From contig DPPH01000052.1 of NCBI GenBank assembly GCA_003539375.1, forward strand, positions 10,743-51,565: a stretch of DNA of 40,823 bases, written 5' to 3'. The stretch is from Clostridiales bacterium. GTDB taxonomy: Bacteria; Bacillota; Clostridia; Tissierellales; Dethiosulfatibacteraceae. The notes beneath the pieces are model-generated. The model was given only the letters and a program-made list of their open reading frames with translations. It was not told the origin of the DNA and did not search any database. Made by a program: the position numbers and the translations under genes. Shown here one piece after another: positions 15,810-24,216 of this stretch; the stretch's first letter is position 1; each line of letters begins with the position of its first letter.

Positions 15810-17057
15810 ATGAACAAAAAAATAATATACAATACTTCTGAAGTAGTAACCTGCTCAGGATTCAAACCAAAATTTGGTAAGGAAATGAATGATATCGGTA
15901 TCATTGAAAATGGAGCAGTAGTAATAGAAGGTGAAAAAATAAAAGCAGTAGGAAAAGAAACAGAAATTTTTGATAAATACAACAAAGATGAATATGTACT
16001 TATAGATGCAGGTGGAAAAACAGTTATGCCTGGATTCATAGATTCTCACACTCATTTTGTATTTGGCGGATACAGAGAAGAAGAATTCTCCTGGAGGCTT
16101 AGAGGAGATGACTATATGGATATTTTAAGAAGAGGCGGTGGAATAATAAGTACTGTTAAATCTACGAAAGAAGCTTCTTTAGAAGAACTTATTGAATCTG
16201 GAAAGAAAAGATTAGATTCAATGCTTGAGTTTGGTGTAACTACAGTTGAAGGAAAAAGCGGCTACGGATTAGATTTAGATACTGAAATCAAGCAGTTGAA
16301 GGCAATGGAAGAAATTAATAAGAATCATCCTATTGATGTAGCAGTAACATTTTTAGGACCTCATGCTGTTCCCCAAGACTATAAAGGCAGAGAAGATGAA
16401 TTCATAGATTTTCAAATAGAAAAAGTACTACCAGAGGTTGTAAAAAACAATCTAGCAGAATTTGCAGACATATTCTGTGAAGAAGGAGTATTTAACATAG
16501 AACAATCAAGAAGGTTTCTTCGAGAAGCTAAAAAAATGGGATTAAAGCTAAAACTTCATGCAGACGAAATAGTACAGCTAGGTGGAGCTGAACTAGCGGC
16601 GGAGTTAGAAGCTGTATCAGCTGACCATTTGCTTCAGGTTTCAGATCAGGGTATAAAAGATATGGCTGACAAAGGAGTTATTTCTACCCTGCTTCCTGGA
16701 ACGGCATTTTGCTTAAAAGAAGAATATGCAAACGGTAGAAAGATGATAGATGAGGGATGTGCAGTAGCTTTAGCTACAGATTTAAATCCTGGGAGCAGTT
16801 TCACGAATTCTATACCATTGATAATTGCTTTAGCTGCTTTATATATGAACTTATCCCCGGAAGAAATCCTAACGGCACTAACCTTAAATAGTGCAGCAGC
16901 ATTAGATAGGGTCGAAGAAACAGGAAGTATAGACCCAGGGAAAAAAGCCGATATATTAATACTAGATTATCCATCTTATAAATTCTTACCTTACTATGTA
17001 GGGGTAAATATCGTTAAAACGGTTATTAAGGATGGTAAAATAGTACAAAAAAACTAA
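15810..17057 (+). CDS. hutI: Imidazolonepropionase
   Basis: 415 aa amidohydrolase fold. PGFIDSHTHFVFGG, GKSGYGL, KLHADE, ALATDLNPGS. Confidence 0.95.
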   Translation: MNKKIIYNTSEVVTCSGFKPKFGKEMNDIGIIENGAVVIEGEKIKAVGKETEIFDKYNKDEYVLIDAGGKTVMPGFIDSHTHFVFGGYREEEFSWRLRGDDYMDILRRGGGIISTVKSTKEASLEELIESGKKRLDSMLEFGVTTVEGKSGYGLDLDTEIKQLKAMEEINKNHPIDVAVTFLGPHAVPQDYKGREDEFIDFQIEKVLPEVVKNNLAEFADIFCEEGVFNIEQSRRFLREAKKMGLKLKLHADEIVQLGGAELAAELEAVSADHLLQVSDQGIKDMADKGVISTLLPGTAFCLKEEYANGRKMIDEGCAVALATDLNPGSSFTNSIPLIIALAALYMNLSPEEILTALTLNSAAALDRVEETGSIDPGKKADILILDYPSYKFLPYYVGVNIVKTVIKDGKIVQKN

Positions 17058-17067
17058 GGAGGATAGA

Positions 17068-17685
17068 ATGAAAAATAAAACATTAGAAGAATTTTCAAAG
17101 GAAACAGCATCAAGCGAACCGGTTCCGGGAGGAGGAAGTATAGCTGCCTACAGCGGTGCTTTAGCAGCAGCCCTATCGGAAATGGTAGCAAATCTTACAG
17201 TTGGTAAAAAAAATTATGAAGATGTTGAAGAAGAAATGAAGTTGATAGTAGAAAAAGCAGATATGATAAGAAAAAATATGCTTGTAAATATAGAAAAAGA
17301 TTGCGAAGCTTTCGATAAGGTTATGGAAGGCTTTAAAATGCCAAAAAATACTGAGGAAGAAAAAGAAAATAGGAAGAAAACAATTCAGGAAGGACTTATA
17401 ACGGCAGCAGAAGTTCCTTTAGAAATAGCAAAAGAAGCCTTTGAGATTATGCCTATTGCAGAAATAGTGGTAGAAAAAGGAAATAAAAATGCTGTAACCG
17501 ACGGTTTAGTTTCAGCAATGTTGGCAAGAACTGCTGTTTTATCAGCACTACTCAATGTAAAGATTAATTTAGCTTCAATAAAAGATGAAAAATACGTAAA
17601 AAAGACTGGTGAAATAGTTAAAAATTTAGAGAAAATGGCTGTAGAAAAAGAAAAAGAAATATTGGATAAATCACCTCTTAAGTAG
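17068..17685 (+). CDS. Formimidoyltetrahydrofolate cyclodeaminase / cyclohydrolase-family protein (FTCD C-terminal-like)
   Basis: 205 aa. SSEPVPGGGSIAAYSGALAAALSEMVANLTVGKK and NAVTDGLVSAMLARTA are typical of the cyclodeaminase domain. Confidence 0.85.
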   Translation: MKNKTLEEFSKETASSEPVPGGGSIAAYSGALAAALSEMVANLTVGKKNYEDVEEEMKLIVEKADMIRKNMLVNIEKDCEAFDKVMEGFKMPKNTEEEKENRKKTIQEGLITAAEVPLEIAKEAFEIMPIAEIVVEKGNKNAVTDGLVSAMLARTAVLSALLNVKINLASIKDEKYVKKTGEIVKNLEKMAVEKEKEILDKSPLK

Positions 17686-17706
17686 TATAATCTATGTGGT
17701 GATAAA

Positions 17707-18147
17707 ATGAAAAAACAAGGAATAGGTAAAATTGCAATTAGTATTTCAATTTCAGACGAAGATAATAAGCTGGATCTGATTAATAAATTTTCTAATAAAG
17801 GATATGTTATTTTAACTGGTCAAGTTGGGTCGATGGATTCTAAAAACATTATAGCAGCAATTGAAACTGCGGCTATGAGAAAAGATTTCATAAGAGAAAA
17901 CTATAGAGAAGAACATGCCCTCTACCACGCTACTATGGAAGCTTTTACAGGTTACTGTAGAGGACACATAGAGTTAGGTGAAGTTCTTAGAAGTACAGGT
18001 TTAGTATATACCCTGGTAAGAGGCAACTTAATTGAAGGAGATAAATCTTCTGGAGATTGGTTAGCAGTAGTTCTTTACGGTGAAATTGGTTCTCCAAGAC
18101 AGGGTTTTGAACACGAAGCTATAGGCATGGGTGTTCAGCCTGTTTAA
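17707..18147 (+). CDS. hutP: HutP, histidine-activated RNA-binding antiterminator
   Basis: 146 aa. It aligns by eye with B. subtilis HutP blocks: GQVGSMDSKNIIAAIETA, YREEHALYHATMEA, GDWLAVVLYGEIGSP, GFEHEAIGMG. Confidence 0.9.
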   Translation: MKKQGIGKIAISISISDEDNKLDLINKFSNKGYVILTGQVGSMDSKNIIAAIETAAMRKDFIRENYREEHALYHATMEAFTGYCRGHIELGEVLRSTGLVYTLVRGNLIEGDKSSGDWLAVVLYGEIGSPRQGFEHEAIGMGVQPV

Positions 18148-18191
18148 ATTGACTAAAATTTAAAAATATAGTAAAATGAAATTAATTAAAT

Positions 18192-18215
18192 AAGCCTATA
18201 GAAATTAGATATTAG
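18192..18215 (+). promoter_or_regulatory. HutP RNA-binding site: AAG-ccua-UAG-aaau-UAG-auau-UAG (NAG triplets with 4-nt spacers)
   Basis: TAG at 18199-18201, 18206-18208 and 18213-18215, each separated by exactly 4 nt, preceded in phase by AAG at 18192-18194. The site ends 2 nt before the 5' arm of the terminator. Confidence 0.65.
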
Positions 18216-18217
18216 AA

Positions 18218-18262
18218 GGCAAATTTGGACTGTTATACAGTCCTGATTTGCCTTTTTATTTT
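18218..18262 (+). terminator. Regulated intrinsic terminator between hutP and hutH
   Basis: GGCAAAT (18218-18224) pairs with ATTTGCC (18246-18252). Inner stem GGACTG (18227-18232) pairs with CAGTCC (18238-18243), loop TTATA. TTTTTATTTTT follows. Confidence 0.8.
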
Positions 18263-18341
18263 TCAAAGACTAACTATCAAAAGTCAAAAGAAAAAACAAA
18301 AAAATTATTGAATAAAAATGCACAACAAAAAGGAGATAGAA

Positions 18342-19862
18342 ATGGGAAAAGTATTAATAGATGGAAACAGCTTAAATTTAGAAGAACTCGTTCAAGTAGC
18401 GAGAGAATACCACAAAGTAGAATTAAAGGAAGAGGCTGTTAAAAAAATTAACGAATCTAGGAAAAAAGTTGAATTTTTCTTAGAAAAAGATAAAAAAATA
18501 TACGGCATCAATACAGGTTTTGGTAAATTCAGTGATGTAATTATATCCAAAGAAGAATCTAAATTACTTCAAAAAAACCTCATAATTTCCCACGCTGTCG
18601 GAGCTGGAGAATTATTTGCAACAGATATAGTTAGGGGTATAATGCTTTTAAGGGTAAATGCCCTATCCAAAGGTTATTCTGGCATTAGGTTATCTACAAT
18701 AAAAACATTAATAGATATGCTTAATAAAGAAGTACATCCATTAATTCCGGAAAAAGGATCCCTTGGAGCTAGTGGTGATTTAGCACCTTTATCACATATG
18801 GTTTTGCCTATGATAGGACTTGGTAAAGTCGAATATAAAGGTAAAATTTATTCTGGAAAAGAGGGCATGAAATTAGCAGGCATCGATATAATAGAATTAA
18901 CTTCCAAGGAAGGCTTGGCATTAATTAATGGAACTCAAGTCATGACTGCTGTTGGAGCTCTAGCCCTATATGATGGAATTAAATTATCTAAACTAGCGGA
19001 TATTTCAGCTGGATTATCTTTTGAGGCACAAAATGGTATTACAACTGCTTTAGACCCGAGGGTACATGAAGTACGTCCCCATAAAGGACAGAAAAATACA
19101 GCTTTAAACCTAAGAAAATTGTTAGATAAAAGCAAAATGACAACCAGTCAAGGTGAAATAAGAGTACAAGATGCTTATTCCTTAAGATGCACACCTCAAG
19201 TACACGGTGCAACTAAGGATGCTTTAAATTATATAAAAGAAAAAGTTTTAATTGAAATAAATTCTGTCACTGATAATCCTATTATTTTCGATGAAACAGG
19301 TATATCAGGAGGAAACTTTCATGGGCAACCGGTAGCATTGCCTTTTGATTTTTTAAGCATAGCTTTAGCTGAACTAGCAAATATTTCTGAAAGAAGATTG
19401 GAAAGATTGGTAAATCCATCACTGAGTAAATTACCTGCTTTTCTTGTTGAAAAAGGCGGGCTAAACAATGGTTTCATGATAGTACAGTATTCTGCCGCTT
19501 CTTTGGTATCGGAAAACAAAACTTTGGCTCATCCGGCTAGTGTAGATAGTATACCTTCTTCAGCTAATCAGGAAGATCACGTATCTATGGGAACCATAGG
19601 TGCAAGGAAAGCAATGGAAATTATGAAAAATACTAGAAGAGTTTTAGCAATGGAAATGATGTGCGCGTGTCAAGGTATAGATCTTAGAGGAAATAAAGGT
19701 TTGGGTACCGGCACAAAGATAGCTTATGAAACAATAAGAGAAAAAGTATCTAAATTGACAGAAGATAGAGAATTATATGAAGATATAAACGAATGCGAAA
19801 GATTATTAATAAATGATGAACTGCTGAAAAGAGTAGAAAAATTAACCACTTTCGCAATTTAG
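18342..19862 (+). CDS. hutH: Histidine ammonia-lyase
   Basis: ORF 18318-19862 trimmed to ATG 18342 (MGKVLIDGNSL), preceded by AAGGAG. MIO-forming GSLGASGDLAPLSH motif; typical QEDHVSMG block. Confidence 0.95.
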   Translation: MGKVLIDGNSLNLEELVQVAREYHKVELKEEAVKKINESRKKVEFFLEKDKKIYGINTGFGKFSDVIISKEESKLLQKNLIISHAVGAGELFATDIVRGIMLLRVNALSKGYSGIRLSTIKTLIDMLNKEVHPLIPEKGSLGASGDLAPLSHMVLPMIGLGKVEYKGKIYSGKEGMKLAGIDIIELTSKEGLALINGTQVMTAVGALALYDGIKLSKLADISAGLSFEAQNGITTALDPRVHEVRPHKGQKNTALNLRKLLDKSKMTTSQGEIRVQDAYSLRCTPQVHGATKDALNYIKEKVLIEINSVTDNPIIFDETGISGGNFHGQPVALPFDFLSIALAELANISERRLERLVNPSLSKLPAFLVEKGGLNNGFMIVQYSAASLVSENKTLAHPASVDSIPSSANQEDHVSMGTIGARKAMEIMKNTRRVLAMEMMCACQGIDLRGNKGLGTGTKIAYETIREKVSKLTEDRELYEDINECERLLINDELLKRVEKLTTFAI

Positions 19863-19925
19863 TAAAGTATTAAATAATTAAATCCGGGTATAAAATAAAT
19901 AAGAAATATGATAGGAGGTATTAAA

Positions 19926-20132
19926 ATGGATCCTTTAAAAATCATAGGACTTATCGTAATAATATATGCCGGATTTCTTTTTATGTGGACAAATTCCAAA
20001 CCTCATTTTGTCTGGAATAGTTTTAATGTAAAATTCTTGAGAAATAAATTAGGCGACGACGCTGCAGAAAAAATTTTATATGCCTTATCTGTACTAATTG
20101 CAGTAGTTGGTATAATTATGGTAATTATGTAG
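19926..20132 (+). CDS. Small hypothetical membrane protein (two predicted TM helices)
   Basis: ORF 19908-20132 trimmed to ATG 19926 (MDPLKIIGLIVIIYAGFLF...), preceded by AGGAGG. Hydrophobic N- and C-terminal segments. No family recognised. Confidence 0.45.
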   Translation: MDPLKIIGLIVIIYAGFLFMWTNSKPHFVWNSFNVKFLRNKLGDDAAEKILYALSVLIAVVGIIMVIM

Positions 20133-20193
20133 CAATTAACTTTTTTCAAATTACATGATAATATACAGTTAAAAATAAATTAAGAGGTGAATT

Positions 20194-21303
20194 ATGGAAG
20201 ATAAGATTACATGGGTTGATTTTGATGTTTTAGAAAATTTCATGAGAGATGTTTTTGTACAGATGGATGTGCCTAAAGAAGATGCTGAAATAGTAGCGGA
20301 CGTTTTAATAAGTGCTGATAAAAGAGGAATAGATTCCCACGGAATCGGAAGATTTAAACCAATTTATGTTGACAGAATAGATGATGGCATATTAAATGTT
20401 AAAACTAAGATAGATATAATCAAAGAAAGTCCTACTACAGCCCTTTTAGATGGTAATGATGGGCTAGGACATGTAATATCAAAGAAAGCTATGGAAATGG
20501 CAATTAAAAAGGCAGAGATGTACGGAATGGGGATGGTAGTAGTAAGGAATTCTTCCCATTATGGATTTGCTGGATACTACCCTCTTATGGCAGTAGAGAA
20601 TAATATGATAGGAATAACAGGAACGAATGCTAGACCCTCTATAGCCCCAACCTTTGGTGTAGAAAATATGCTCGGAACGAATCCTTTGACTGTAGGTATG
20701 CCATCAGACGAAGAATTTCCATTTTTGCTCGATTGTGCTACTTCTATTTCTCAAAGAGGAAAGATAGAAAAGCTAGCTAGAGAAGGAAAAGAAACACCGG
20801 CAGGATGGGTAATAGGAAGAGATGGCACAGCAAGAACCGATACAGAAGAAATTCTGAAAGATTTGGTAAAAGGTAAGGCTGCCCTAAGTCCTTTAGGAGG
20901 AATAGGAGAAGAACTAGGTGGATATAAAGGGTATGGATATGCTACAGTTGTAGAAATATTATCTTCAGCTTTACAGGGAGGAATATTTTTAAAGGCTTTA
21001 TCAGGTTACGATAGTGAAGGTAAAAAACAACCTTACCACTTAGGACATTTCTTTATTGTCATAAATATTGAAAGTTTTATTGAACCTGAAGAGTTTAAAA
21101 AAACAACAGGAGAGATATTAAGACAGCTAAGGAACTCTGAAAAGATGCCTAAAGCTGATAAAATATATACTGCTGGGGAAAAAGAGTATATAGCTTGGAA
21201 AGAAAGAAAACACAAAGGTGCACCTTTGAATAGGGTTTTGAGAGAACAGCTAGTTGAGCTAAGGGATAGGTTTTCTTTAGATTACAAATTTGATTTTGAA
21301 TAA
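20194..21303 (+). CDS. Ldh_2 family (malate/L-lactate/ureidoglycolate/sulfolactate dehydrogenase type 2) oxidoreductase, substrate unknown
   Basis: 369 aa. RGIDSHGIGRF, VVVRNSSHYGFAGYY, GTNPL and GGYKGYG blocks are typical of the family. Confidence 0.8.
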   Translation: MEDKITWVDFDVLENFMRDVFVQMDVPKEDAEIVADVLISADKRGIDSHGIGRFKPIYVDRIDDGILNVKTKIDIIKESPTTALLDGNDGLGHVISKKAMEMAIKKAEMYGMGMVVVRNSSHYGFAGYYPLMAVENNMIGITGTNARPSIAPTFGVENMLGTNPLTVGMPSDEEFPFLLDCATSISQRGKIEKLAREGKETPAGWVIGRDGTARTDTEEILKDLVKGKAALSPLGGIGEELGGYKGYGYATVVEILSSALQGGIFLKALSGYDSEGKKQPYHLGHFFIVINIESFIEPEEFKKTTGEILRQLRNSEKMPKADKIYTAGEKEYIAWKERKHKGAPLNRVLREQLVELRDRFSLDYKFDFE

Positions 21304-21314
21304 AGTATAAAATT

Positions 21315-21340
21315 AAGGCTACTTCTTAAGAAGTAGCCTT
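21315..21340. terminator. Perfect 13-bp palindromic hairpin between convergent genes (probable bidirectional terminator)
   Basis: AAGGCTACTTCTT / AAGAAGTAGCCTT at 21315-21340. Flanking A/T runs are short on both sides. Confidence 0.55.
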
Positions 21341-21432
21341 AATAATCTATCGCAGAAAACTGCAAGATAGGGGGAGTGGGGACATTTCATATATATTATA
21401 CCCCTGATGTTATTTTATATACACCACAAGTG

Positions 21433-22788
21433 TTAAGAATTTGTAATAATATCCCCTACTTTATAAACATCTCCTGCACCCATAGTCATAATTATGTCTT
21501 TAGATTCAGAATTTTTCATCAAATATTCTGCGGCTTTTTCAAAACTCTCCATATATACAGCATCTACTTGGTTTTTCTTTAATTCAGCTACTAGATCTTT
21601 AGAAGAAACCCTACCGTCATTTTTTTCTCTAGCTGCATAAATATCTATAAGCACAACTTTTTTTGCTGAAGAAAAAGATTTGGCAAACTTATCTAAGAGT
21701 TTTTCCGTTCTTGAGTAAGTGTGAGGTTGAAAAACTACAAGAACATTTCCTTCTGTTAGGGTTGAAACAGTGTCTAGAGTAGCCTTTATTTCTGTAGGAT
21801 GATGAGCATAATCATCAATTATTATTCTGCTTTTATAGTTTCCCTTATATTCAAAACGCCTTTTTGTTCCATTAAAATTCTCTAAACCATTTTTAATTGA
21901 ACAATTAGCTACTCCCGATATATATGCACATGTAGCGGCAGCGAGAGAATTATAAATATTATGTAATCCCGGGACCTTTAATTTAACATGGCATATTTTT
22001 TCCTTTTCTATGTATAGATCATAAGAAGGATAAGGATTAAACTTCACATCTACAGCCTTTGCATATGCATTGTTTTTTATACCAAAAGTTTTTATGTTGC
22101 AATCAAGTCCATCGTAAAGGTTTTTCTGGTTTTCATCATCTGCATTACTTACTAGAAAACCGTAGCTTGGAACTTTTCCAGCAAATTCTCTAAAAGCTTC
22201 CTTTATTTCATCAATATCTTTAAAATAATCAAGATGATCTTCTTCTATGTTCAAGATAACTCCAATATAAGGATTGAAGTTCAAAAAGTTTTTCTTGTAT
22301 TCACAGGCTTCAGTTAAAAAATAATTTTTCTTTCCAAGTCTAATATTACCTTCCATAGCTTGATATTCTCCACCTAGCAGGATGGTAGGGTCTATCTCTG
22401 TATTCATCATAATATTGGCAAGCATACCAGTTGTTGTAGTTTTTCCGTGAGTACCGGCTATTGCAGTTGATTTATAGTAATCGTCCATTAATTTGCCTAA
22501 AAAGACTGCTCTTTCCATTAATGGAATATTATTAGCCGAAGCTTTCATATATTCAGGATTATCTTCTCCGATTGCTGAAGTATAAACTACTAAATCAACA
22601 TCTTTTAAGTTGTTTTCCTTATGCCCAATAAAAATCTCAGCACCTTTTTTTTCGAGCAAATCAGTAATATTTGATTTGGTAATATCTGATCCAGATATTT
22701 TTGCTCCTCGGTCCAGCATAATTTGAGCTAATGCACTCATACTAATACCGCCTATTCCAATAAAATGAATAGTCTTATATTCTTTCAT
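21433..22788 (-). CDS. murC: UDP-N-acetylmuramate--L-alanine ligase
   Basis: 451 aa. HFIGIGGISMSALAQIM, AIAGTHGKTTTTGM, Mur-ligase middle and C-terminal blocks. RBS GGTGG. Confidence 0.95.
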   Translation of the reverse strand: MKEYKTIHFIGIGGISMSALAQIMLDRGAKISGSDITKSNITDLLEKKGAEIFIGHKENNLKDVDLVVYTSAIGEDNPEYMKASANNIPLMERAVFLGKLMDDYYKSTAIAGTHGKTTTTGMLANIMMNTEIDPTILLGGEYQAMEGNIRLGKKNYFLTEACEYKKNFLNFNPYIGVILNIEEDHLDYFKDIDEIKEAFREFAGKVPSYGFLVSNADDENQKNLYDGLDCNIKTFGIKNNAYAKAVDVKFNPYPSYDLYIEKEKICHVKLKVPGLHNIYNSLAAATCAYISGVANCSIKNGLENFNGTKRRFEYKGNYKSRIIIDDYAHHPTEIKATLDTVSTLTEGNVLVVFQPHTYSRTEKLLDKFAKSFSSAKKVVLIDIYAAREKNDGRVSSKDLVAELKKNQVDAVYMESFEKAAEYLMKNSESKDIIMTMGAGDVYKVGDIITNS

Positions 22789-22862
22789 TTATTAACCACC
22801 TTTTTCAATATTAGCTTTATTATACCAAAAATAAAAAATATTTAAAAGTTTCAATTCTTGTA

Positions 22863-22906
22863 ATTAACGAACGAACACTGTATAATTATAATAATAATTC
22901 GTAATG
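22863..22906 (+). promoter_or_regulatory. Possible PurR operator (inverted PurBox-like CGAAC / TTCG elements) bracketing a TATAAT
   Basis: ATTAACGAACGAA (22863-22875, tandem CGAAC) and an inverted ATTCGTAATG element (22897-22906) flank TATAAT at 22881-22886. Each matches about 10 of 13 positions of the recalled B. subtilis PurBox consensus AWWWCCGAACWWT. The spacing is not clearly the canonical 16-17 bp. Confidence 0.3.
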
Positions 22907-22916
22907 AGGTGAACTA

Positions 22917-23744
22917 ATGAAAAAATTTAAAAGAAATGAAAGAATTGGAGCTTTGATGAAGATGTTTTCAGAAAGGCCAAATCATATATTCTCCTACAAC
23001 TATTTTTCTGATATTTTCAACTCGGCTAAATCTACTATCAGTGAAGACATTGTAATTGTAAAAAAAATCGTGGAAGATTTTAACTACGGGGAAATAAAAA
23101 CAATTGCTGGTGCAGCTGGAGGAGTGGTTTTCACGCCTAAAATAAAAAACGATGAAGTAGTTAAAATTCAGGAGGAACTTTGTGATGTTTTTTCAGATGA
23201 GAAAAGAATAATTCCCGGGGGATTTATCTACATGACGGATGTTTTTAACAACCCATACTATGTACACAACATAGCAAAAATAATTGTATCTATGTATGAA
23301 AACAAAAAAATTGATTACGTGGTGACAGTTGAAACCAAAGGGATACCGGCAGCTCTTATGACCGCCAGAGAAATGGATGTACCCTTAGTAGTTATTAGAA
23401 GAAATACCAAGGTAACAGAAGGAAGTACATTAAGCATAAATTACGTTTCCGGATCTTCAAGTAAAATTCAAACCATGACTTTATCTAGAAGAGCTTTAAA
23501 AGAAGGATCCAAAGTACTGATAGTGGATGATTTTATGAAAGGTGGCGGTACGGTAAGAGGCATGAGAGATATGATGAGGGAATTCGATGTTGAGGTAGAA
23601 GGAGTAGCAGTAGTGGTTTCTACAAAGGAACCTAAAAAGAAACTTTTCAACGACTTCAATTCATTATTGCTCCTGGAAAAGGTAGATGAAGAGAATAAGA
23701 AAATCCTAATCAAACCTAATAGATTAGAAGGTTTTAAAGAATAA
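22917..23744 (+). CDS. purR: Purine operon repressor PurR
   Basis: 275 aa, collinear with B. subtilis PurR: SAKSTISEDIVIVKK, GAAGGV, ETKGIPAA, VTEGSTLSINYVSGSSSKIQTMTLSRR, PRT motif VLIVDDFMKGGGT. Confidence 0.9.
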   Translation: MKKFKRNERIGALMKMFSERPNHIFSYNYFSDIFNSAKSTISEDIVIVKKIVEDFNYGEIKTIAGAAGGVVFTPKIKNDEVVKIQEELCDVFSDEKRIIPGGFIYMTDVFNNPYYVHNIAKIIVSMYENKKIDYVVTVETKGIPAALMTAREMDVPLVVIRRNTKVTEGSTLSINYVSGSSSKIQTMTLSRRALKEGSKVLIVDDFMKGGGTVRGMRDMMREFDVEVEGVAVVVSTKEPKKKLFNDFNSLLLLEKVDEENKKILIKPNRLEGFKE

Positions 23745-23821
23745 AAATTTTGCTTTTTTTATTAATTTATAGTAAAATATATTATAGTTTGGACATAATT
23801 TTTTAAGAAGGTGGTGAAACC

Positions 23822-24091
23822 ATGCAAATAACCGATGTAAGAGTTAGAAAAATAAACTCTGAAGGCAAAATGAAAGCCATCGTTTCTGTTACTTTTGATG
23901 ATTGCTTTGTTGTACACGACATTAAAATTATCGACGGACAAAATGGACCTTTCATAGCTATGCCAAGTAGAAAGATGCCGGACGGCGAATTCAAAGATAT
24001 AGCACACCCAATCAACTCTGAGACTAGAGCTATGATACAGGATGCTGTGTTTGCTGCTTATGAAGAAAAGTTAGCGGAAGATGAGGAATAA
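23822..24091 (+). CDS. spoVG: Septation/regulatory protein SpoVG
   Basis: 89 aa: [51 protein letters not shown]..., the canonical SpoVG sequence. Confidence 0.95.
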   Translation: MQITDVRVRKINSEGKMKAIVSVTFDDCFVVHDIKIIDGQNGPFIAMPSRKMPDGEFKDIAHPINSETRAMIQDAVFAAYEEKLAEDEE

Positions 24092-24109
24092 TTTAATATT
24101 ACTATCCGC

Positions 24110-24135
24110 AAGGGTCTAATTAGACCCTTTTTTAT
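24110..24135 (+). terminator. Rho-independent terminator after spoVG
   Basis: AAGGGTC...GACCCTT palindrome at 24110-24129, followed by TTTTTAT. Confidence 0.7.
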
Positions 24136-24164
24136 TGTGTTATTTGATTACTTTAGATATAATA

Positions 24165-24193
24165 TTGTCAACAAGGTCATATAGTTGTATAAT
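24165..24193 (+). promoter_or_regulatory. Sigma-A-type promoter TTGTCA - 17 nt - TATAAT for glmU-prs-pth
   Basis: TTGTCA at 24165-24170 and TATAAT at 24188-24193, 23 nt upstream of ATG 24217. Confidence 0.5.
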
Positions 24194-24216
24194 ATCATAG
24201 AAATTGAGGTGATAAT

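Noticed and set aside
18169-18171. Possible second (upstream) HutP site, as in the two-site B. subtilis hut leader
   Set aside because: Only an isolated TAG is present. The following in-phase triplets (ATG, TAA, ATA) are not NAG, and it is out of register with the 18192-18215 set.
18248-18442. 64-aa plus-strand ORF between hutP and hutH
   Set aside because: It begins inside the 3' arm and T-tract of the regulated terminator, is Lys/Arg-rich junk, overlaps hutH out of frame and has no RBS.
21376-21582. 68-aa plus-strand ORF overlapping the 3' end of murC; likewise 40347-40547 (+) opposite mnhF/mnhE
   Set aside because: Both are antisense to well-supported genes, with no RBS and hydrophobic or low-complexity translations.
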